Source of the DNA: Candidatus Jordarchaeia archaeon
Lineage (GTDB): Archaea > Asgardarchaeota > Jordiarchaeia > Jordiarchaeales > Jordiarchaeaceae
Direction of reading: 5' to 3'
Assembly (NCBI GenBank): GCA_029856435.1
Contig: JAHQXB010000044.1
Location: forward strand, 1-14,376
Length of the DNA: 14,376 nucleotides
Numbering within the stretch: position 1 is the first letter of the stretch; each line of letters starts with the position of its first letter. This document shows positions 1 through 5,518 of this stretch, piece by piece. A program made the position numbers and the translations under genes. A model generated the notes under the pieces. That model was not told the origin of the DNA, did not search any database, and worked only from the letters and a program-made list of their open reading frames with translations.

Positions 1-30
1 CCGTTTCGGTTCTCTAGCTTTGGGAGGTGA

Positions 31-354
31 GGCTGCACCGCTTCGCGGTTCTTTGGGCGTCGCCTCACTTTTCTGGCTCTCAGGAAGCAGGGTCTCCCTC
101 ACGTTTATGGATGGCTTCAGGGGAACTACCCGATCAGCAGGATGGGCGAGCAGGCGGCTCATATTCCGAGAATCATTGTTAAGGTTGGTTGCCGTTACGA
201 GGTGCTCTACAGGGGTAGGGTGGGTGAGGTTGCTGAGCGTGTTATTGTTGTTGTTTGTGAGAAGAGGGGGAGGTGCATATTTGCTTTCTTCGGGTTGAAG
301 AATGAGGAACGCTGCTTCTTGAGACCCAGAATCCTTAAAATAAAACCGCTTTAA
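31..354 (+). pseudogene. Possible decayed coding remnant of unknown identity (includes ORF 142..354)
   Basis: Frame 1 is open from 31 to the TAA at 352..354, after a TGA at 28..30. It is more GC-rich than the AT-rich 400..560 stretch. There is a loose by-eye resemblance to the transposase remnant at the right end (TFLALRKQGLPHVY..NYPISRMGEQA vs TFARLAAKGMEAPY..NNRIERLMGEIA). No recognisable family motif. Confidence 0.2.
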
Positions 355-524
355 ACCACTTATAAGCCAAAGGTGTCTACATCATTAGAGGGAGTTTATA
401 GTTGTCTTTTTATATTTATTATGATAAATTATATAGTTAAGTTATTTTGAACATTATTAATTTCTGTCTTATACAAACCAAAATATTTATGTAGTAGAAT
501 AACAAAAATATAGATAGATATATT

Positions 525-539
525 TGTAGCTTAGCTACA
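525..539. promoter_or_regulatory. Perfect 7-1-7 palindrome, candidate transcription-factor operator
   Basis: TGTAGCT-T-AGCTACA lies in an AT-rich intergenic stretch with several TATA-like runs. The palindrome is seen directly; its function is inferred. Confidence 0.3.
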
Positions 540-620
540 TTATTATTATTTCCCCCTACCAACCTAAAAAAATGCCCCCACCACCATCAAATAAAGGAGA
601 CCCCCAAACGACAAACTTCC

Positions 621-648
621 GGAGGAGAGAAAAAATCTTCTCTCCTCC
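621..648. other. Perfect 11-bp stem-loop
   Basis: GGAGGAGAGAA (621..631) pairs with TTCTCTCCTCC (638..648) around a 6-nt loop AAAATC. Confidence 0.6.
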
Positions 649-714
649 CATCACTCCGTCAAACCCCAAATTTTTCGGGGGGAAAGCGTTCTTTTTAAAC
701 ACTGAAACAACATA

Positions 715-839
715 GACTTTCCAGTTAATTTTTTCCTTTTCGCTTTCAGAAAGTGTGGTTTTTTCCGCCTTTTTTGGGGAAAGAAGCCTTAAATAACCCC
801 ATTCAAGGATAGGTTTAGGAAAAAATTAATGAGAAACTC
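715..839. mobile_element. MITE-like element, ~125 bp, imperfect TIRs, flanked by TA on both sides
   Basis: Left end GACTTTCCAGTTAATTTTTTCCT (715..737) vs reverse complement of the right end GAGTTTCTCATTAATTTTTTCCT (817..839): 19/23 matches, with a perfect inner 13 bp. TA at 713..714 and 840..841 is a possible TSD. No coding capacity. The internal core is shared with the MITE at 14131..14276. Confidence 0.55.
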
Positions 840-1019
840 TATATTATAACGTACACTATTTTTTGGAGATAAACTTCTTCCTAATTTTTTCAGTAAAATG
901 TCTAGGAACGCCCGCCCAATTGGGGATGAATCTCATTGCCTGCCTATGCAAAAGTTAACCATAAAACTAAAAGCACTATCCCATACGTTCCAAAGGCTTA
1001 CAAAAATTTATCATGCATA

Positions 1020-2300
1020 TCAATTGTTGAGATTGTAACGTAGTAGTGCTGCGATGCCGCCGAATGCTTGTTTTAGCTGTTGTCCCTCTTCTGTCTCTGG
1101 GGATATTATTTCTACATTGGCTCCTGTTTGCTCGGCAAGCTCACCTAATTCATCGATTAAGGGTGTCACTTTTTCGATAGATAGCAGGGAGCTGGCGCAG
1201 TTTGGGCAGCTTCGGCTCTGAGTTTGCTGTTCTAAAGATGGTAATTCACTCTTTTTAATTGTCAATTTTTCTTGGTATTTGCAGTTAGGACAACTAATTA
1301 TGACACGTAGTATGTCAAGTTCTTCAGATAGCAGTAAGGTATCTACTGCTCCTTGGTTAAGGGCTTTTCGAACTTCCTTTTCTCCATAAGCTACTAAGCT
1401 GTCGTCTTTCACTAGCTGAGTCAGAAATCTTTGCACTAAAACTTTCTCTTCGGAGTATCTAATGTTTTGAAGTAGGTCTTGGGATTTATCAATTAGTTCG
1501 TCGATTCCGGAGCTTCCAGTATATGCTAAATCAACCACGCCTCGAATGACGTTCTTTAAACGATAGTCGAGGTAGCTGCTTTCGGCAAATTTATTTTTTG
1601 AGGGTCCAGGGCCTCCTATTATTATGCCTTTTAAATCTGGAATTTGAAGGTAAAGTTCATTGGCATAATCTCCAGCTCGTTTGAAGAATTCATGGCCTGC
1701 CTGTTCAATTAGTCTTTCAAATCTTCTTTGTGATTGTCCCCCTGCGTGGTGTTTTCCGGGAGCTCCAGAAGTAATTTTTTTGAGAATTTCCAAATGGTTT
1801 CCTTTTAGAATGGCAAAGTCTGCTTCGGATCTATCTATTACTATGAGTCCATAGGTGTCTTTTTCAATCAGCATTTCCTTAAGGGGATCTAAGAAAAATT
1901 TACTATCACAGTGGTATTTATAGATTTTAATAGGTTCAGGTGGAACAATAGTGGTCAACTCCATTCGCTCTGTGCCTTGACCATTAGTAGGAATCGCACC
2001 ACAGAAAATGACTAGACCAGTAGGTGGAGGTCTGGGCACGTTTTTTAGCAGAGCCAAAATTTTTTGAATAGCATCCATCACATTTTTCCTAGTGGATTTA
2101 GACTTGATGTTGGAAGCAGTTCCATACTCTTGTTTTAAGTAGTTGGTAACATCGCTGATTTGCCTGTCTGGGGGTATGTATAGGGAAACCAGCTCAGTAT
2201 GATAACCTCTCTTTTTTTCTAGAGCCTCCAACTGCTGTTTTAATTTGTATTTTTCAAACGATGACCTTTTTTTCTGCTCCTGTTGCTCCAATACTGACAC
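1020..2300 (-). CDS. prf1: Archaeal peptide chain release factor 1 (aRF1/eRF1), 426 aa, GTG start
   Basis: TASNIKS, YxCxxxF (YHCDSKF) and GGQ (AGGQSQRRF) motifs; C-domain CPNC..CPNC zinc mini-domain; C-terminal GGIAALLRY. Confidence 0.98.
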   Translation of the reverse strand: MSVLEQQEQKKRSSFEKYKLKQQLEALEKKRGYHTELVSLYIPPDRQISDVTNYLKQEYGTASNIKSKSTRKNVMDAIQKILALLKNVPRPPPTGLVIFCGAIPTNGQGTERMELTTIVPPEPIKIYKYHCDSKFFLDPLKEMLIEKDTYGLIVIDRSEADFAILKGNHLEILKKITSGAPGKHHAGGQSQRRFERLIEQAGHEFFKRAGDYANELYLQIPDLKGIIIGGPGPSKNKFAESSYLDYRLKNVIRGVVDLAYTGSSGIDELIDKSQDLLQNIRYSEEKVLVQRFLTQLVKDDSLVAYGEKEVRKALNQGAVDTLLLSEELDILRVIISCPNCKYQEKLTIKKSELPSLEQQTQSRSCPNCASSLLSIEKVTPLIDELGELAEQTGANVEIISPETEEGQQLKQAFGGIAALLRYNLNN

Positions 2301-2318
2301 CTTCTATATTTTAGTTTG

Positions 2319-2340
2319 ATTAAAAACAAGGGGTAACCCC
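2319..2340 (-). promoter_or_regulatory. Putative aRF1 promoter (TATA-like TTTTTAAT) with adjacent palindrome GGGGTAACCCC
   Basis: On the minus strand TTTTTAAT lies at 2326..2319, about 20-25 nt upstream of the GTG, which suggests a leaderless or short-leader transcript. A 5-1-5 palindrome at 2330..2340 lies at the BRE position. Confidence 0.35.
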
Positions 2341-2646
2341 ACAATTTTTAGGGTTGTAAGCTATGAACACATGAGAGTTCCCTACTCGAAAAGTCAAAGC
2401 AGTATCTTTAGGTAATAAAGGTAGATAGAGTTTATCTAATTTTTGGAATCACCCAATTAACTTTTTCAAAAGCATACTAAGCAAATATAATTAGCAGTAT
2501 TAAATCTTTCTTAGCTTCTAGATTATTTAAAGTGGAGGGAGTTCTTTAAGGGGGAATCTAATCATATAAAAGGGAGATACAGCAATATTTAACAAAATAT
2601 AAAAGAGTTTATTATCCGATTTCAAATTGGAGAGTGATCCAACAAA

Positions 2647-3336
2647 ATGAAGGTTGTACTAAAAATTGGGGGTTCCTTAATCCAAGACGAATCGGGAAAC
2701 ATTATCTTGGAGAGATTTGCCGAGTATGCCAAAACAATCTTGAAACTCAGAAAAGAAAACATGGACATACCCGCTATTATTCTTGGGGGAGGCAAAATAG
2801 CGAGAAAATACATCGAGGCCGCACGTAAACTAGGAGCCCCCGAAAGTCTTTGTGACGAAATTGGAATAAGAGCCACCCAGTTAAATGCGCAATTGATGGT
2901 AGGTGCTCTAGATAGAGAAGCCTATCCCACAATTCCGGAAACCTTACAGGAGGTAGCCGGTGCAGTTGCCACGGGAAAAATAGTAGTTGTTGGTGGTTTA
3001 CAACCGGGACAGTCAACTAATGCCGTGGCAGCGCTAGTCGCAGAGCGAATAAAAGCAGACATACTAATAAACGTTACAGACGTAGATGGGGTTTACACCA
3101 AAGACCCCAAAAAGGATCCAAATGCCAAAAAAATTGATAAAATCACAATAAAGGAAATCCAAGAAATAATAAGTGAAAAAGGCTTCTCTGCAGGTAAATA
3201 CGAGTTATTTGACCCAGTAGCATTAAAGATTCTAGAAAGATCAAAAATTCCTGCATGGATAATTAGTGGGGAAGACCCCCAGAACATACTGAAAGTAGTT
3301 GCTGGTGAGAATATAGGAACAAGAATAGTATACTAG
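2647..3336 (+). CDS. pyrH: Uridylate kinase (UMP kinase), archaeal type
   Basis: N-terminal VLKIGGS, GGGKIAR..ARKLG..DEIGIRAT, GGLQPGQSTNAVAA, TDVDGVYTKDPKK and C-terminal IGTRI; 229 aa. Confidence 0.97.
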   Translation: MKVVLKIGGSLIQDESGNIILERFAEYAKTILKLRKENMDIPAIILGGGKIARKYIEAARKLGAPESLCDEIGIRATQLNAQLMVGALDREAYPTIPETLQEVAGAVATGKIVVVGGLQPGQSTNAVAALVAERIKADILINVTDVDGVYTKDPKKDPNAKKIDKITIKEIQEIISEKGFSAGKYELFDPVALKILERSKIPAWIISGEDPQNILKVVAGENIGTRIVY

Positions 3337-3353
3337 TCTCAGGTGAACCCGTT

Positions 3354-3632
3354 TTGAGAGAATTAGAGCAAATTTTCGGTAGTTTAGCTCAAACTCGAAT
3401 ATTGCAGTTTCTACTAGAAAATAAAGGCAAAGCCTTTAACTTATCCGAAATTGCAGAAAACACAAAAGTAGCCCACAGCACAGTGGGAAGAGTAATAAAA
3501 AAACTCCTAGATCAAGATTTAATCGAAGAAATAACAAGATGGAAACAAATGAGGATCGTAAGATTAAACAACGAAAGCGAAAAAACAAAAATCTTACTAA
3601 AGTTCCTAGAAGACATTAAAAAAACAAAATAA
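3354..3632 (+). CDS. Small winged helix-turn-helix DNA-binding protein (ArsR/MarR-like), 92 aa, TTG start
   Basis: RILQFLLENKGKAFNLSEIAENTKVAHSTVGRVIKKL HTH pattern followed by a wing. SD-like AGGTGA lies upstream. It starts 17 nt after pyrH, so co-transcription is likely. Confidence 0.85.
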   Translation: MRELEQIFGSLAQTRILQFLLENKGKAFNLSEIAENTKVAHSTVGRVIKKLLDQDLIEEITRWKQMRIVRLNNESEKTKILLKFLEDIKKTK

Positions 3633-4026
3633 ATCTATGAAGATGCTTCACAAACAAAACCAATAATATTAATTAAACAATCTGAGAGTTGCTCCTGTCG
3701 ATTGAAAACATTATGTTTATGTACAAGTTAATACATGTCAAAAGGTTTCTTTGAATAATCACCAACAAGAAGGGTTAAATTAGACAAAAATCTAAAAGAC
3801 AAACAATTATACTTCCACACAATACATAGAATAAGTTTTACAATATTGTCTACTTTGACAGTTATTCTCCAGTAGGATCCTCTTACTCATTTGAATTGAA
3901 TTAGTAATAATAAATAGCATTAAAAGAAATGCCGGTACCTCGTTAATACACTTTTAGAGCCAGACTGTTTTAACATAAAAGAAGCTGGTTAAATAAGTGG
4001 GAAGAAGTTTGGTGCAGGGCAGGAGA

Positions 4027-4052
4027 GTCTCGGGAGATGAAGCCAACCTCCA
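4027..4052 (-). other. tRNA intron at position 59/60 (26 nt), strict BHB
   Basis: Intron TGGAGGTTGGCTTCATCTCCCGAGAC. Central helix UUCG(54-57)/CGAG, bulges A58-A59-U and A-C-U60, inner helix GGAGGU/AUCUCC, outer helix is the T-stem AGGAG/CUCCU. Confidence 0.92.
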
Positions 4053-4083
4053 TTCGAACTCCTGAACCCCTACGGGACTGGAT

Positions 4084-4114
4084 TTCTTAACTATTTGCTG
4101 TTTTTCTCTTTGAT
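4084..4114 (-). other. tRNA intron at canonical position 37/38 (31 nt), relaxed BHB/BHL
   Basis: Intron ATCAAAGAGAAAAACAGCAAATAGTTAAGAA. Central helix CUCA(32-35)/UAAG has a C34-A mismatch and there is no good inner helix. Removal restores the anticodon loop CUCAAGA. Confidence 0.9.
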
Positions 4115-4183
4115 CTTGAGTCCAGCGCCGTTGACCTGCTTGGCTAGCCCTGCAACCATTTCTTCTAGACTTTCTTTATGCTG

Positions 4184-4194
4184 TTTATTTTAAA
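4184..4194 (-). promoter_or_regulatory. Putative TATA box of the tRNA-Leu gene
   Basis: TTTAAAATAAA on the minus strand, 30-40 nt upstream of the mature tRNA 5' end. Confidence 0.5.
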
Positions 4195-4509
4195 TATTTG
4201 TCGGGTGGCTTTGGGGCGAAATTGGTTTTATCTTTTTCTTCTCAGCGCTTTCGCCGTTAGAGGTCGTATCTGCGGCGAAAAACAATACTCTTTCACTACA
4301 TTACGGGTGATACGCGTCGGGGAACATGAATTTTGTCCCAAAGCTGGGGGGAGTCTAAGGATTATTAATATATATCTAGTGTTACCATTTAAGGATTTAA
4401 AAGTCGGATATACTACTAAAATTGCTCAAATATTGCAATAATGAATACAATCCAAATTTAAGCGTAAAAATATCTTCAATTTTTTGGTTAAATTTAGGAG
4501 GTGTAAATT

Positions 4510-4964
4510 ATGAGAAGTGGTGAGGTTCATAATAAAGGTGAGATTTCTCTTATGGACATTATTGGTGAAATTAGGAAGAATCCAAATATTAACAAGGCTG
4601 GCGCTATTGCCTGTTTTATCGGGATTGTTCGTGGCGAGTCACAGGAGGGAGTTCCTGTGGAAAAGCTAGAGTTGGAGGCATACGAAGAAAAGGCAAACGA
4701 AACACTAACTGGTATATGTGAGGATATTAAGCATAGGGAAGGTATCATTGATGTACATATTCACCATAACGTTGGAGAATTTGGTGTGGGTGAAGAAGTG
4801 GTATATGTGGTAGTTGCTGGAAAGCATAGGAAGGAATTGTTCTCGGCGCTTATCGATGCAGTGGAGAGATACAAGAAGGAAGCTCAAATATGGAAAGCTG
4901 CCTAAGATAAGCAGCCCATAAAAAGGAGTATACTTTAAGTGGAGCCCGCTGGGTGAAGGAATAG
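4510..4964 (+). CDS. moaE: Molybdopterin synthase catalytic subunit MoaE, intron-split: join(4510..4895,4922..4964), 142 aa after splicing
   Basis: GAIACFIGIVRG, LELEAYEEKA, HNVGEFGVGE and VAGKHRKELF..AVERYKKEAQIWK motifs; SD GGAGGTG at 4497..4503. The contiguous ORF ends IWKAA* at 4905, but KEYTLSGARWVKE* follows in another frame to TAG 4962..4964 and is rejoined by removing 26 nt. Confidence 0.93.
4896..4921 (+). other. Putative BHB intron in moaE pre-mRNA (26 nt)
   Basis: AUGG (4890..4893) pairs with CCAU (4916..4919); 3-nt bulges AAA (4894..4896) and AAA (4920..4922); inner helix GCUGC/GCAGC with a 9-nt loop. Cutting after the second nucleotide of each bulge removes 26 nt and restores the frame and the WKKE motif. 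Confidence 0.85.
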
Positions 4965-4998
4965 TCTCTAAGTATATTATTATGTGGGAGGTTTTTGA

Positions 4999-5511
4999 TT
5001 GTTGGTTGGTGTGATTTCGGATAGTCATGATAGGATTGAGGCGATTCGTGCTGCGGTTGAGAGGTTTAATTCGGAATCTGTTGAGTTGGTGCTTCATGCG
5101 GGGGACATTGTGAGCCCCTTCAGTGTTAGAGAATTTGAGAAATTGAGATGTAAAATTGTATGCGTTGCTGGTAATAATGATGGTGATCGGGGTGCTTTGA
5201 GAAAGTTTTTAGGTAGGTTTGGTGGGGAATTGAGGGACAGTTTTTGTAAACTTGATGTTGGTGATAGGAGAGTGGCACTTATACATGGAGAATTTCCTGA
5301 GGTTGTTGAGGCTCTTATTCTCTCTGGGAGGTATGATGTTGTAATTAGTGGTCATAGTCACGAGGCGTATATTAGGGAGCAGAATGGTGTTCTGGCGCTA
5401 AATCCTGGTAGCTGTAGTTACCCTATTGTGAATGGAGTTGTGACCATTGGGAGAGGGACAATTGCTATTTTGGATTTGGGGAAGATGAGAGCGAATCTTT
5501 TAACAATTTAG
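4999..5511 (+). CDS. Calcineurin-like metallophosphoesterase, MJ0936/YfcE family, 170 aa, TTG start
   Basis: Motifs ISDSH, HAGD, GNND, IHG, GHSH and NPGS in the expected order; SD GGAGGT upstream. Confidence 0.92.
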   Translation: MLVGVISDSHDRIEAIRAAVERFNSESVELVLHAGDIVSPFSVREFEKLRCKIVCVAGNNDGDRGALRKFLGRFGGELRDSFCKLDVGDRRVALIHGEFPEVVEALILSGRYDVVISGHSHEAYIREQNGVLALNPGSCSYPIVNGVVTIGRGTIAILDLGKMRANLLTI

Positions 5512-5518
5512 GGATGCC

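Larger units (their letters stand above)
4010..4153 (-). tRNA. tRNA-Leu(CAA) with two introns and genomically encoded CCA
   Basis: After removing both introns: GCAGGGC TA GCCA AGCAGGTCAA CGGC G CTGGA CTCAAGA TCCAG TCCCGTAGGGGTTC AGGAG TTCGAAT CTCCT GCCCTGC A CCA (87 nt). Acceptor, anticodon and T stems pair perfectly; long variable arm and A73 are typical of Leu. 87+31+26 = 144 nt. Confidence 0.97.

Noticed and set aside
28-30. In-frame TGA as a possible selenocysteine codon
   Set aside because: The context matches no selenoprotein family I recognise and no SECIS-like element is identifiable.
3977-3997. AAAAGAAGCTGGTTAAATAA resembling the MITE BRE/TATA core and pointing antisense into the tRNA
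   Set aside because: It is better explained as the U-rich terminator region of the tRNA on the minus strand; the match is short and low-complexity.
4178-4441. 87-aa plus-strand ORF upstream of moaE
   Set aside because: It overlaps the tRNA TATA region, has no recognisable domain and has atypical composition.
4897-4922. moaE read as a simple pseudogene, or as a programmed frameshift or stop readthrough
   Set aside because: Readthrough of TAA 4903..4905 stays in the wrong frame and a frameshift would add about 9 extra residues inside the WKKE motif. Excision at predicted BHB sites restores the motif exactly and the rest of the gene shows no decay. A recent disruptive insertion is not fully excluded without RNA data.
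4705-5097. 130-aa minus-strand ORF overlapping moaE and the phosphoesterase, plus other antisense ORFs in the track (e.g. 2622..2876, 4527..4748, 5856..6149, 6192..6632, 9753..9968, 11150..11422, 13031..13321)
   Set aside because: These are shadow ORFs opposite well-supported genes and have no recognisable motifs.
5415-5460. Hairpin AATGG/CCATT in the phosphoesterase 3' region as a hidden in-frame BHB intron
   Set aside because: No 4-bp central helix with two correctly placed 3-nt bulges could be built, and the ORF is intact.
4999-5511. Phosphoesterase as a partner in processing 2',3'-cyclic phosphate ends from splicing
   Set aside because: Supported only by adjacency to moaE; this family is widespread and nothing in the sequence indicates RNA-end specificity.
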